Virus record (IMG/VR): IMGVR_UViG_3300045988_159857
Span: 1-64,000 of that record
Length of the DNA: 64,000 nt
From: a virus
Reading direction: 5' to 3' (one strand)
This document shows, one piece after another, positions 20,166 to 29,991 of this stretch. The position numbers and the translations under genes were made by a program. A model generated the notes under the pieces. That model did no database searches. It was not told where the DNA came from and was given only the letters and a program-made list of their open reading frames with translations. The first letter of the stretch is position 1; the number at the start of each line of letters is the position of its first letter.

Positions 20166-20495
20166 CTATGACTCCTCGTCAGGGAGTAACAAAATTTCTT
20201 CTTTTTTATGTGTAATAACACCGTTACCTCCAAGTTCGTGATACGTTTGATAAGCGTTAAGGAATTCTTCTTTCTCTAAGTGGGAACACCAACCTCTACT
20301 AGTATATTCAGCGTGATTGACTACTAAAATACCACAGAGAGTGTGTCTAACGGCGTCCTTTACTAACAACATGTCATTGTCTTTGGTTTTTATTTTTTGT
20401 TTATAATTCTTTATTTTAGCTACACAGTAACTGACAATAGCACAAAGAACCGCCCAAATAATCTTTTCAATTAAATTACGAAGTGAATCATCCAC
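20166..20495 (-). CDS. Small membrane protein
   Basis: 109 aa with one N-terminal hydrophobic helix, IIWAVLCAIVSYCVAKI. Confidence 0.5.
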   Translation of the reverse strand: MDDSLRNLIEKIIWAVLCAIVSYCVAKIKNYKQKIKTKDNDMLLVKDAVRHTLCGILVVNHAEYTSRGWCSHLEKEEFLNAYQTYHELGGNGVITHKKEEILLLPDEES

Positions 20496-20517
20496 TGGTT
20501 TTGACCGTCCTTTATGT

Positions 20518-20883
20518 TTATTTAAATTCAGCAGTTTTTTCGGTTACTTTATTACTGTCTTTTTCAAAGACTTTATTAAATTCAGCAAGGGCACTTTCAA
20601 GTAAAAGTCTTAATTCAACCTCAGTACATGTAATACCTTGTTCATTTAACATCTTTGTAGCTGCTTCAATAGCCTTTTCTAATTTTTCAGGACCGTTGAG
20701 GTCTTTATAACACTGTTCAATTGCACTTACAACTGTTTTTGCAATTGATTTCTTTGTTTTGTCGTTAAGAATTTTATTTGCAATCTTCTTAGCAACAAGA
20801 CCAATATATGTAGCAAGTGCTGTTAAAATACCTCCTAGAATTTCTGTTCCATATTGAGAAATTACTTCTTTAATAATATCCAT
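20518..20883 (-). CDS. Holin-like protein (LL-H-type architecture)
   Basis: 121 aa. N-terminal TM helix ILGGILTALATYIGLVA followed by a charged helical tail, ...AIEAATKMLNEQGITCTEVELRLLLESALAE. Confidence 0.45.
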   Translation of the reverse strand: MDIIKEVISQYGTEILGGILTALATYIGLVAKKIANKILNDKTKKSIAKTVVSAIEQCYKDLNGPEKLEKAIEAATKMLNEQGITCTEVELRLLLESALAEFNKVFEKDSNKVTEKTAEFK

Positions 20884-20933
20884 AATAATATACTCCTTTA
20901 TATTATAAATAGTTTTTACATAATTTTATACAG

Positions 20934-21365
20934 TTATTTATTGAAAGATTGTCCTTTAATGTATACGTATACATTAACAACCATATTATTTTGAAAAGCT
21001 AACGTATCTCCCTGAATGGTATAATCAATAATCACATTACCCACAGGGGTTACAGTTACGTTTTTTATGTTAATCTTAACTTTAGTAACCTGTTGAAAAG
21101 GGTAGAGAGGATTTTCCGTAACACTAAGAATACAACAATCAACAGAACTGAACTTAAAATCCCCCGTCTGTATTTTACCTGATATAATATTATCTGTATT
21201 TTTAGAGTCTAAAGTTACTTTGAAAGTGTGTGTTTTTTCGGTATAACCTGATTTGAAGTCAATTTCATGTGTAAGTAAGTCAGAAGACACTAAGAATGAG
21301 TTGTCTTTTTTAACGAAATCAACCATTGGGGAACCACTAACAATTGGATAATTTTTAATTCTCAT
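20934..21365 (-). CDS. Hypothetical structural (fibre-module) protein
   Basis: Track ORF 20934..21386. Start moved to MRIKNYPIV (SD AAAGAGGG upstream). Confidence 0.5.
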   Translation of the reverse strand: MRIKNYPIVSGSPMVDFVKKDNSFLVSSDLLTHEIDFKSGYTEKTHTFKVTLDSKNTDNIISGKIQTGDFKFSSVDCCILSVTENPLYPFQQVTKVKINIKNVTVTPVGNVIIDYTIQGDTLAFQNNMVVNVYVYIKGQSFNK

Positions 21366-21376
21366 TTTTACCCTCT

Positions 21377-21823
21377 TTATACACAATATTGTAAATGGTA
21401 GTAATTAACTTGTCCTGTAGCATCAGTTGAAAGAGCAGAATTACAAAACAGTTCATACGTTATAATTATATCATTTCCCGAATGCTTAACATCCTTTATC
21501 AATAAATCAACAAAAGTTTCATTATTAGCCTTACCATTAGCATTATGGTTACCAGACACACAAACAATGTCTGTAATATTACTTGGACAAGGAATTGTTA
21601 TATAACATTCCCTACTATAATGTCCTCCGGTACTACCTGTATCGACAGGTAATGTACCTATTGTTTCATTTACCCATAAATCTACAATTCCAGATTTCCA
21701 TTGTCTAAAAGTATATTTTACAGTTCCACCGGTTAACGATGATGTCCCTTCTCCACTCCCAGTTAGTCTTATAAAATCGGTTAAATCATAACCGTCTATA
21801 GATAAATTTACTAAATTAGCCAT
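21377..21823 (-). CDS. Hypothetical structural (fibre-module) protein
   Basis: 148-aa Gly/Thr-rich ORF, probably beta-rich. Confidence 0.5.
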   Translation of the reverse strand: MANLVNLSIDGYDLTDFIRLTGSGEGTSSLTGGTVKYTFRQWKSGIVDLWVNETIGTLPVDTGSTGGHYSRECYITIPCPSNITDIVCVSGNHNANGKANNETFVDLLIKDVKHSGNDIIITYELFCNSALSTDATGQVNYYHLQYCV

Positions 21824-21835
21824 ATATTTGTCTCC

Positions 21836-23554
21836 TTAATAAGGGTATTCATTAAATTGTTCTGTTGTGACCATACAAATATCGTTCGATGTATTGTCCG
21901 GTTTGTAAAATTTTATTTGGTTATAAATAGGGGTAGTTGTAGATTCATCATGTATCGTTGTATCAATTGCATACGCAGATAAATATAAATTTGTATTATA
22001 TTTTTGCTCTTCGTAAGGGGTAATACTAACATAACCCCTTACTGCGTAACCGCTATCATCACTTGAGTAACCTGTTACCAATGTCGTAAAATATTGTGTA
22101 GTATTAGCAGGAATTTTTATCTGTTTTATAAAGGAGTATTTATTTACTAAGGTAACAGTTATGTCTATGTCAACATCGTTTTTGTTTATAAACTTAATCA
22201 TGTAGTTCTTTTCTTCCAAAATGTAATTATTTTTGTTCAATTTAATTTCTGCAAAACGTAAACTGTCAAGTCCCTCATTATTATTTTTGTAAACACCTTC
22301 TAGGTAACATATAGGTTGTTTAGAACAAGGAATAATACGGTAGGCGTTTGTATTCACATTAGCTGTTATTGATACTCCATCAATGGTTTTTTTCGTAAAG
22401 TCTAATGTAGGGATTAAAATATCAGTATTCATTGTTTGATAATCGGTTAAACTATTTAAGCCCATGTAGTTATTCTCTACAAAACCCTTTGAAGAGTCCG
22501 TATTCATTAAAGATATGTTAGAACCTTTTTCAAAAGAAATACCCTTTTTCATATCCTGTTCAATAAACTCATTTGCAAATGTATACCTATTTTTAGCAGA
22601 CAATATAATTCGTTTGGATATATATTGCCTAATAGGTAGATTAAATGTACTTAATGTTATTCCATCGGTAACATTTTCAGTATTTAATTTATCACATAAC
22701 AAAGGACTACAAACTATTTCACCTTTTCGAGAATCTAAAGTAGATTCATTAAAAATTTCACTTAACGATGTTTCACATAAGAACCCTACTATTTGATTAT
22801 TAGTGTCTTTAATAATATTTGTTATATGAAAATTTGCGTATCGGTAAGTGTTATTACTTGTTTGACACTTAAATAATACCGGTAAACTGTCATTATCAGC
22901 AGTAACCAAATCTTCGGGAAAAGTATTAAATACTGCAACAAACCCGTTTTTGGGACGTATTTCAATAAAACACCTTGAATAGTCACAATAATTTACATCA
23001 ACAATTGGTTCAATGTTTCCGGGACTATTTGTAAACGAATGTGTATTATCAGTTGCTAAATAATCGACAATTTTCAAGGTATGACTTCCGTCACTTTGGA
23101 TATTTTGTACATTCACATAATAGTACACTTCTACTCCCGTTTGTTGAGTAGCACTAATTGTTTTTGGATATATTGTGCCGTAAAGCATTATAGTAGCACT
23201 TGTTACACTTGTTACATTTATTGTAAGTTGTATATCAAGTATTAAGGGAATACAATCGCTTGAATTAGATTTAATTATTCCTTTAATTAACACTTCAGAA
23301 GGTATCGTAAATGTTTTTTCGATTGTTTTAACACCATTGTACACTACAAAACGGTCTGTACCGTCTTCTATATCTATACCATTTAAAGAAAATTTTGTAA
23401 AACTAAATGTTGAAGGTTGCTCGTCAACAGTGATTCTTAAACTTACGTTCAAATCATTAGGACTATATGTAAATTGTCCTGAACTATTATTTGTATTTTT
23501 CCAAGAAAATTGTAAATTTTCATTAAGTAGTAATTGTACATTAGAAGCTGTCAT
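21836..23554 (-). CDS. Putative receptor-binding / fibre-distal protein
   Basis: 572-aa Asn/Thr/Ser-rich ORF downstream of two tail-fibre genes. Confidence 0.45.
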   Translation of the reverse strand: MTASNVQLLLNENLQFSWKNTNNSSGQFTYSPNDLNVSLRITVDEQPSTFSFTKFSLNGIDIEDGTDRFVVYNGVKTIEKTFTIPSEVLIKGIIKSNSSDCIPLILDIQLTINVTSVTSATIMLYGTIYPKTISATQQTGVEVYYYVNVQNIQSDGSHTLKIVDYLATDNTHSFTNSPGNIEPIVDVNYCDYSRCFIEIRPKNGFVAVFNTFPEDLVTADNDSLPVLFKCQTSNNTYRYANFHITNIIKDTNNQIVGFLCETSLSEIFNESTLDSRKGEIVCSPLLCDKLNTENVTDGITLSTFNLPIRQYISKRIILSAKNRYTFANEFIEQDMKKGISFEKGSNISLMNTDSSKGFVENNYMGLNSLTDYQTMNTDILIPTLDFTKKTIDGVSITANVNTNAYRIIPCSKQPICYLEGVYKNNNEGLDSLRFAEIKLNKNNYILEEKNYMIKFINKNDVDIDITVTLVNKYSFIKQIKIPANTTQYFTTLVTGYSSDDSGYAVRGYVSITPYEEQKYNTNLYLSAYAIDTTIHDESTTTPIYNQIKFYKPDNTSNDICMVTTEQFNEYPY

Positions 23555-23567
23555 GCTATATCATCCC

Positions 23568-24020
23568 TCAGGTAAAGTTTATCACAAGTGCTTTGTAGGC
23601 TTCGTCCCATTCAATCGAATAAAAATCGGTAGAGGCATTTAATTTCTTATTCACAGCCTCAGTAACTACCTTATTCTGAACAGGGTTTGTTGATGTTGAA
23701 GATAGTGTGGAGTCAATAGTTATTTGTCCTCCTCCACCCCCTAATTCAAGATTACCTCCTCCAAGTAACGAATATCCATTTACAGTTTTAATGTTCACAC
23801 CCGAAACTAACTTATCTTGTTTATTGTCAACATTTGCTTGTGTTGCAATTTCAATGTTTCCAGGTCCAAGTATGGAGGAACCGTTTATAGTTTTAATACT
23901 AGTACCACTTACAAGTAAATCTTGTTTTGTTCCAAGCTCTTGTCTAAATGTGTTCTTTAAAGGTACCTCGTATTTAGTTGTTGTATTTTCGTAACCTATT
24001 TGTAAATACTTAGCTTCCAA
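23568..24020 (-). CDS. Tail fibre protein (short)
   Basis: Two copies of LVSG(T/V)xIKT(I/V)NGxS(I/L)LGxGN(I/L)E plus STNPVQNKVVTEAVN, which are typical fibre repeats. Confidence 0.6.
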   Translation of the reverse strand: MEAKYLQIGYENTTTKYEVPLKNTFRQELGTKQDLLVSGTSIKTINGSSILGPGNIEIATQANVDNKQDKLVSGVNIKTVNGYSLLGGGNLELGGGGGQITIDSTLSSTSTNPVQNKVVTEAVNKKLNASTDFYSIEWDEAYKALVINFT

Positions 24021-25298
24021 TTATATAACCTCCTCATATAATTTGAAAGTTATGTTATTAGCATCATACACTGTAGCATCTCGTAAATTCATTAAAATCT
24101 CATTTGCTTGTGTAACCGCTTCATTAACATATTGAGGAATTTCAACAGTTTCAGTCTTTTCTGTAAAAGTAACTTTAGGTAAATCAAAGTTACCTTCCCC
24201 TAAAACACTAGTATTGTTTATCGTTTTAATGTTTGTACCACTTACTAATGTTTCTTGTTTACCGTTAAGTGCTTCTTGTAATCCTTGAACATTAGTAATA
24301 GTAGGTCTAGCTCTTGAAACAGTTATCTTACCGTTTATTTGTGTAACTTTTGTAACAAAATTATTAGCTAATGCATTATCAGAAACATCAAGTCCGTTAA
24401 TAGCATTAGTTATTTCATTATTAGTCTCAGTTTTTGTATAGTAGTCACTAAGGTCTACATCATTAAGTCCTGCGTTTATCCATAAACCATTAGTATAAAC
24501 GTATAAAATAATTTCAGTTTCAGTTGCTGAACCACTTGGTGAACCTATTACAGTTATTAACAAACCGTCATAGTCTGTAGGTTGTCTATTTAAATTTGTT
24601 ACAATATATTGTGTTGCGTATGTTTGTACCTCTGTATAATTACAAATACATTCGGCATCTGTGTTTCTAATTCTGATAGAAGATATTGAAGCTACAAGTT
24701 CGTCAACATATTTCTTTGTTGTAGCAGTATTCGAAGGACTAGATTCCGTAACAGTGTCTTTAAGTAAAATACTTCCGGTAGTAACATTTCCTTTTGTACT
24801 TACAGTAAAAGCATTACTTCTTGACACATTTTCATTTTCGGCTGTTCCGTTACCAATGGCAAATAATGTATCGTCATTTGTTGATTTAAGTGCTACATAA
24901 TTACCTATAAGAAATTGTCCTTCGACATCACCTGTTTCATTACCTTGTCCAAATACAGCTTGATATTTACCTTCTGTACTTAACAGGTTATTTGTTCTTC
25001 CGCTACCCTCTATGCTTATTGTAATGTTATGTATTTCATTTGTACTATCAGGGTCGGGTCTGTAACCTGCTAACTGATTAAGAACCAGACTTATTTGTTC
25101 ATTACTTAATTCGTATGACTTATTCGCCACTTCCGAAACATAACTATTTATACTTCTATACATATTCTCGTTTAAGTTTTGTGCATTCAAACGAGTTACA
25201 TTGTTAATCCAAACAGGTTTAAAATTTGGAGAAATAACATCATTAGATGATATAGTCTTACCCGACAAGTTGTTTATCAATTGATTATATGTAGACAA
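24021..25298 (-). CDS. Tail fibre protein
   Basis: 425 aa. C-terminal LVSGTNIKTINNTSVLGEGNFDL repeat. TTG start with GGGGTG SD. Confidence 0.6.
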   Translation of the reverse strand: MSTYNQLINNLSGKTISSNDVISPNFKPVWINNVTRLNAQNLNENMYRSINSYVSEVANKSYELSNEQISLVLNQLAGYRPDPDSTNEIHNITISIEGSGRTNNLLSTEGKYQAVFGQGNETGDVEGQFLIGNYVALKSTNDDTLFAIGNGTAENENVSRSNAFTVSTKGNVTTGSILLKDTVTESSPSNTATTKKYVDELVASISSIRIRNTDAECICNYTEVQTYATQYIVTNLNRQPTDYDGLLITVIGSPSGSATETEIILYVYTNGLWINAGLNDVDLSDYYTKTETNNEITNAINGLDVSDNALANNFVTKVTQINGKITVSRARPTITNVQGLQEALNGKQETLVSGTNIKTINNTSVLGEGNFDLPKVTFTEKTETVEIPQYVNEAVTQANEILMNLRDATVYDANNITFKLYEEVI

Positions 25299-25368
25299 AT
25301 ATTTTTCACCCCTTCAAGTGAATTCAATCTCAATATGTTATACAAGAAGACAATGACTGAGTTTGTTA

Positions 25369-25764
25369 TCAGCCCTTGTCTAATTTACATTCACGCACAC
25401 TGTTCTCTGTACCCGTTATCCAGAAATCTTTCATAGGAAGTATAGTACAAACTTTTGTTTTTTCATACAGTAATTTAATAGTAAAATAATATTTACCTGT
25501 TTTCAAGTATTCTGTATCAGGAGGATTAAGAGTAAACTTTATGGTACCTTTTTCATCTATGAAATTACTATTATCATACGTTTTTCTAATAATAGCATTT
25601 TCAAAAGATTCTCCAGGTTGTATTATTGCACAATATAATCTATCATCATTTTCTAATTTATATTGTTTTGGTTCAAATTTTGTACCACAGTTTATATTGA
25701 TGTTATACTCAAAGTAATCTCCCCTACTTAATGTAAAACAATTTATGTCATTTTCTATAAACAT
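25369..25764 (-). CDS. Hypothetical protein (fibre module)
   Basis: 131-aa ORF. Confidence 0.5.
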   Translation of the reverse strand: MFIENDINCFTLSRGDYFEYNININCGTKFEPKQYKLENDDRLYCAIIQPGESFENAIIRKTYDNSNFIDEKGTIKFTLNPPDTEYLKTGKYYFTIKLLYEKTKVCTILPMKDFWITGTENSVRECKLDKG

Positions 25765-25787
25765 TTCACTGTTTCCTCACTTAAATA

Positions 25788-25982
25788 TTAAAATTTATTG
25801 TTTTCGGCTTGAGGTAAATTTTTAGCTGTCCATTTACCCTCATCAACAATTAAAAACTTACCGTCGTCCTCAATAGAAACGGGAGGTAAAGCTATTGCTT
25901 CTAAAGAGTCAATAGCTTTGTTTATATCATCTAATTGTTTTTGTATACGAAGGTTTGGACTACAACAACTATTATTTTTCAT
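25788..25982 (-). CDS. Small fibre-module protein
   Basis: 64 aa. Motif LPPVSIEDDGKFLIVDEGKWTAKNLP is of a kind that recurs in phage tail-fibre regions. Confidence 0.45.
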   Translation of the reverse strand: MKNNSCCSPNLRIQKQLDDINKAIDSLEAIALPPVSIEDDGKFLIVDEGKWTAKNLPQAENNKF

Positions 25983-25995
25983 AAAATAATTCTCC

Positions 25996-26634
25996 TTAAT
26001 TTATTGTCAGAGGAATTTTTTTAACTGTTTTTGTTTCATCGTTTTTAGAAATGATTACTTCTAATAAATACTGACCTTGTAAGAGTTGTGGATATTTTTC
26101 GTTTGATATAGGTAAACTCCACAAAGAATCGTCAACAGTTACCTCTTCTTCTTCTATTATAGATTCTTGTCTAAAGTTAAGTATTTTTATTTTAACTGTA
26201 GTATCTGTTGGATTGAATATAAATTTAATCTTTTCTGTACCGTTTATACAGACTAAAGGATTTATTTCTTCCCACTGATATACTCCACTAACAAGTCCGT
26301 AACATTTCCAACATTTATGGTCTACTGTATTGTAAGCTAATTGACAACATTGTCCAAAAGTTTCAGGGGTTGGTGTTTTTCCAGACTCCTCATATATTAT
26401 TGAGTCAAATTGTACAAATAAAAATAAATCTAAAGTATCAGTTAATATAAATTTATCATTTACGTTCCATTCTAATGATATAAGATTTCCGTATCTGTCA
26501 AATGACTTGTACGGAGGGTTAAGTTGTATCTCCCCGTTAATAGGAGGAAAATCTTTTGTTAAGTTATATTTAAGTCCGGAATCACTTTCATTATAGTTGT
26601 CAAACATATGTGTTATCGGTAATTTTTCGCTCAT
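25996..26634 (-). CDS. Hypothetical protein
   Basis: Track ORF 25996..26718. The first 28 codons translate a terminator palindrome, so the start is moved to MSEKLP (ATG 26634, SD GAGGTG). Confidence 0.55.
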   Translation of the reverse strand: MSEKLPITHMFDNYNESDSGLKYNLTKDFPPINGEIQLNPPYKSFDRYGNLISLEWNVNDKFILTDTLDLFLFVQFDSIIYEESGKTPTPETFGQCCQLAYNTVDHKCWKCYGLVSGVYQWEEINPLVCINGTEKIKFIFNPTDTTVKIKILNFRQESIIEEEEVTVDDSLWSLPISNEKYPQLLQGQYLLEVIISKNDETKTVKKIPLTIN

Positions 26635-26683
26635 ATTTTCACCTCTACTCATATAATTATACAAGTTATTTACGAATATAGAA

Positions 26684-26711
26684 ATAACCCTCCTGAGCTC
26701 AGGAGGGTTAT
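26684..26711 (-). terminator. Intrinsic terminator (perfect 28-nt palindrome)
   Basis: ATAACCCTCCTGAG/CTCAGGAGGGTTAT, followed on the minus strand by TTCTATATT. Confidence 0.65.
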
Positions 26712-26730
26712 TGTACATAAGATATTTACA

Positions 26731-27612
26731 TTATTTTGAATACGTAGGCACATCAGGGTCATAATAAGGTTCATCATAATCAGTGTCCTTAAGATATATT
26801 CTGACATAGTATTTATTCTTATTAGCTACATACTTATCATAACCCTTTTTGTAGTATCTATGATACTTTTTAGCCATTTCAACAACTTTATCTTGAGTAA
26901 CTTCATCAGGTACCCAAGCTCCAAGATAATCTCCTTTGTTATCGGTCGAGTAAGAAACATCTCTTATATCAAGATTAAGTGAAGGAGCTTTTGTAGGAAT
27001 ATACTTACCGTTAGACACTTTATAAACTCTTTCACCGTCTGTTAACTCTAACTGTATGATGTCAAACAAAGGTTCTCTTTTCTTATGATAGTAGAAGTCA
27101 GGCTCTTTATTCTCAACAATTTCTTTTTGAACACCTTCCATAACAGTTTCATTGTCTGTTATATAAGAATAAGTTTGAGCAAAATCGTTTAGTATATCAG
27201 AAACATTTCCAATATCCTCTAAATCCGTTTCTGAAAGATAATCGTTTACATTTTCTAACTTAGTTAAATCATCTAAGAATTCTACTATGTCGTCAGCAAG
27301 CTTTTCAGCCCTTTTATATAACTTAACGTCATTTACATCTTCTTCAAATAATGATTCGTCAAGATTTAATTTTTCCATTTTGGGAGTACCTTTCTGTTTA
27401 GTTTCAGTTTTTTGTGATTCTTTGGTAAACTCCTTCATAACTTTGTCCTGTTCTTTGAAGTCTTTTTCAAACTTCTTTTTTCGAGCAATACGTTGGTTTA
27501 TTGCGTCAGCGTAAACCTCGGGAACATTACCTTTTGTTTCTATAGTATCTTCGGGTACTTCCATATTACAGTTACCTATAATAGCTTCATTAAGTTTACT
27601 TCTTTTATACAT
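26731..27612 (-). CDS. Acidic hypothetical protein in a promoter-gene-terminator cassette
   Basis: 293-aa ORF flanked by promoter 27706-27734 and terminator 26684-26711. Confidence 0.55.
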   Translation of the reverse strand: MYKRSKLNEAIIGNCNMEVPEDTIETKGNVPEVYADAINQRIARKKKFEKDFKEQDKVMKEFTKESQKTETKQKGTPKMEKLNLDESLFEEDVNDVKLYKRAEKLADDIVEFLDDLTKLENVNDYLSETDLEDIGNVSDILNDFAQTYSYITDNETVMEGVQKEIVENKEPDFYYHKKREPLFDIIQLELTDGERVYKVSNGKYIPTKAPSLNLDIRDVSYSTDNKGDYLGAWVPDEVTQDKVVEMAKKYHRYYKKGYDKYVANKNKYYVRIYLKDTDYDEPYYDPDVPTYSK

Positions 27613-27671
27613 TTATTTACTCCTTTACTTACTCCTTATAAATTTATACCTGTAACATTCTAAAAACCGTC

Positions 27672-27725
27672 CATTTACTTATCCTCCTATTTAATTTATA
27701 TTTATATTATATGTTATAAACAGGA
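27672..27725 (-). repeat. 54-bp promoter/leader cassette, copy 1
   Basis: Identical to 29938-29991. Contains -10 TATAAT, SD AGGAGG and an ATG, which here opens only a 4-codon ORF (MDGF). Confidence 0.8.
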
Positions 27726-27734
27726 AAAAATCAA
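27706..27734 (-). promoter_or_regulatory. Sigma-A/70-type promoter
   Basis: -35 TTGATT (27729-27734, containing the TGA stop of the upstream gene), a 17-nt spacer and -10 TATAAT (27706-27711). Confidence 0.55.
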
Positions 27735-29119
27735 CCTGTAATTGATGATATATTTTTACGATTGTTCCAAATTTCTATGCGTTCACTTGAAGGTAAATCT
27801 CTAAGATAGTAGTAATCTACATAATCTTTGATTTTATCTTTACTCAATGTAGGTAATATTTCACGAGCTTCTTTCATCGTAGTTCCAAGATTGTACATTA
27901 TAGCTGCAATTGCAACTTCTTCGTCAGTACCAGTTCTGTCAATACTTTGAAATACACTTTCAACGTCATCTACATCATCAGCAGAATATACGTTATTGGT
28001 AGCTATTAATTCATCAATGAAATTTTTAGCCGCTTCTTTAGATGGATACCCTGTGTCCTCTAACTCTCCTTGTTTATCGTACACATTGTACCCATATCCA
28101 GCCCGGTCTAGTCTAATCATATATCCCTTATACCTTTCATTTGTAACACCAATACGTTTGTCTGATTTATAGTTTGCAGTTTCGTCGCCAGAGTTAACGG
28201 ATTTTGGGGCTACCTTATCCATCTCAACCAAAGCTTTAGCTTTACTCATTGCTTCCTTCAAATCATTTACATTGTAACCATCAGAAGCATTATCATAAGT
28301 ATCAAGCTGCTTGTCAGCTTCTATGTTACCTTTTTCAACTTCGTCAGCACTCGGGTCAAATAATTTAGCTAATGTTTGAAGTTGTCCGACGTGAGTTTGT
28401 TCTTCTGTTATTATGTCTTTCAGTACTGGTATAATGTCAAACTGTTGTTCAGCCTCTGCAGAAGCTATTGCTGAATTATACATATCAATAGCATCATATT
28501 CGGAAATTATAAGATTATTTATAAGACTTGACATCCCGTGGTCTGAAGGTGTTTGAGTTTCTTGAACGTCTTCTTTAATAGGTTTCTTAAATCTTTTTTT
28601 ATCCCTTGTACTTTCCTCTAATTCATCTACGTCATCTGCGAAGCCTTCATAACTGTCAAACCATTCTTGAGCGTCTTCATCATTCTCAGTCTCATAATCA
28701 TGAGTACTATTTTCCGGGGTGTAAAAATCCGGGTCACCAAAGATAAATATGTTTTTGCCTGTGAGAGTGTCTTTATACCAAGTATATTCATTATAGAAAC
28801 CGTCTGAATCTAAAACATCTTTACGTGTAACTAATTCGTATCTGTCTTCATTAGGTATATAAAGGTCATCAAAATCATCAAAGTCTTCACAAATATTAGT
28901 AATAGAAGAGTTTGAAGGCCTACTTCCCTGTTGTCTTGTATATGTCTTATTCAAACTATTGAAGATTGTTGCAGGGTCTTCGTTAGTGTAAATCATCTTA
29001 ACTAACTTTTCTTTTTCCTGTTCCGTAAGTTTACAAGATTCATAAAGTGACACTAAGTCATACTTACAGTCAGTGTCCATATCCATTTTATTTAAAGATT
29101 CACGAATTCTTATAAGCAT
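27731..29119 (-). CDS. Acidic protein with a central ferritin-like (half-ferritin / EncFtn-like) motif
   Basis: aa ~194-262: ...IISEYDAIDMYNSAIASAE...VLKDIITEEQTHVGQLQTL carries the E..A(I/V)D.Y and EE..H half-site pattern. Confidence 0.4.
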   Translation of the reverse strand: MLIRIRESLNKMDMDTDCKYDLVSLYESCKLTEQEKEKLVKMIYTNEDPATIFNSLNKTYTRQQGSRPSNSSITNICEDFDDFDDLYIPNEDRYELVTRKDVLDSDGFYNEYTWYKDTLTGKNIFIFGDPDFYTPENSTHDYETENDEDAQEWFDSYEGFADDVDELEESTRDKKRFKKPIKEDVQETQTPSDHGMSSLINNLIISEYDAIDMYNSAIASAEAEQQFDIIPVLKDIITEEQTHVGQLQTLAKLFDPSADEVEKGNIEADKQLDTYDNASDGYNVNDLKEAMSKAKALVEMDKVAPKSVNSGDETANYKSDKRIGVTNERYKGYMIRLDRAGYGYNVYDKQGELEDTGYPSKEAAKNFIDELIATNNVYSADDVDDVESVFQSIDRTGTDEEVAIAAIMYNLGTTMKEAREILPTLSKDKIKDYVDYYYLRDLPSSERIEIWNNRKNISSITG

Positions 29120-29167
29120 ATAAATAAAGTCCTTTCAAAATTTATTTTTCAACACTTTATTATACAA

Positions 29168-29512
29168 TTAACTAAGGTAGTCAATATCACCTAAGTCACA
29201 TACTGGACATTCACCACTGTCATTAAGTTGTGTTCCACAATTATCACACTTCTTTATGTGTCCTTGTTTGATTATTTCTCCAATTTCGTCCTTATATATC
29301 TTTTGTGTGTCAGGTACTTCTTCAAGATAGTAATCATCAAGTGTTAAATCACTATTAGTGTAGAACCCATAATTAACTTTGAGTCTGTACAAAATATTAT
29401 TGATAGCTTGTTTTTTAGACACTGCTTTAGTAGTTATGTTATTAACAACATCATAAAGTTGGCCAAATCTGAAAATAGGTCCGCTATAAGTATACATATT
29501 TGTAGTATCCAT
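29168..29512 (-). CDS. Hypothetical protein with a C-terminal zinc ribbon
   Basis: CDNCGTQL...CPVCD. Start moved to MDTTNMY (SD GGAGAG 9 nt upstream). Confidence 0.5.
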   Translation of the reverse strand: MDTTNMYTYSGPIFRFGQLYDVVNNITTKAVSKKQAINNILYRLKVNYGFYTNSDLTLDDYYLEEVPDTQKIYKDEIGEIIKQGHIKKCDNCGTQLNDSGECPVCDLGDIDYLS

Positions 29513-29610
29513 AGTATAAATCTCTCCTAACATTTACCAGATTCGCTTGTAAAGCGATTTTATTCTCTTAGAATATCTTTTTATTAACTCAAATACAAAA
29601 TTTGTTGTAA

Positions 29611-29638
29611 CAAAAATGGACTATGAATAACATAGTCC
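29611..29638 (-). terminator. Intrinsic terminator
   Basis: 8-bp stem, 29618-29625 with 29631-29638 (GGACTATG/CATAGTCC), followed on the minus strand by ATTTTTGTT. Confidence 0.6.
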
Positions 29639-29646
29639 ACTACAAA

Positions 29647-29940
29647 TTACTTGTTATACCTTTTCTTTAAAAGTTTAGGTGTGTAAGTATTTTCCCAATA
29701 TGACAACTTGTCCTGTGTTGGAGCCTTATGCATTTCATCCCAAACTATCTCACATCTATCTATCCTAAACCGTTTTGTTGTCTGCCAACTTGACAATTCG
29801 TCCTTTGGCATTTTAACAATATACCAACCGAAACTATTTTTTGACCAACGTTTTTTACAGTTATTCATACATATGTCAAAATCATGCTCAACAACACTTT
29901 CTTTCCAAGGACCCATTCCTACATACTCAAAATTGTTCAT
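29647..29940 (-). CDS. Hypothetical protein in a moron-like cassette
   Basis: 97-aa ORF with its own consensus promoter and terminator inside the fibre region. Confidence 0.55.
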   Translation of the reverse strand: MNNFEYVGMGPWKESVVEHDFDICMNNCKKRWSKNSFGWYIVKMPKDELSSWQTTKRFRIDRCEIVWDEMHKAPTQDKLSYWENTYTPKLLKKRYNK

Positions 29941-29991
29941 TTACTTATCCTCCTATTTAATTTATATTTATATTATATGTTATAAACAGGA
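29938..29991 (-). repeat. 54-bp promoter/leader cassette, copy 2
   Basis: Identical to 27672-27725. Here the ATG starts the 97-aa ORF. Confidence 0.8.

Noticed and set aside
23568-25298. The repeated LVSGxxIKTxNGxSxLGxGN and STNPxQNKV motifs, which also occur in 33574..33843, as template/variable repeats of a diversity-generating retroelement.
   Set aside because: No reverse-transcriptase ORF exists in the window. The repeats are short in-frame structural motifs typical of fibre proteins, not ~100-bp near-identical TR/VR pairs.
26635-26718. The N-terminal 28 codons of track ORF 25996..26718.
   Set aside because: They translate the perfect 28-nt terminator palindrome of the upstream gene. 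A proper SD and ATG follow at 26634.
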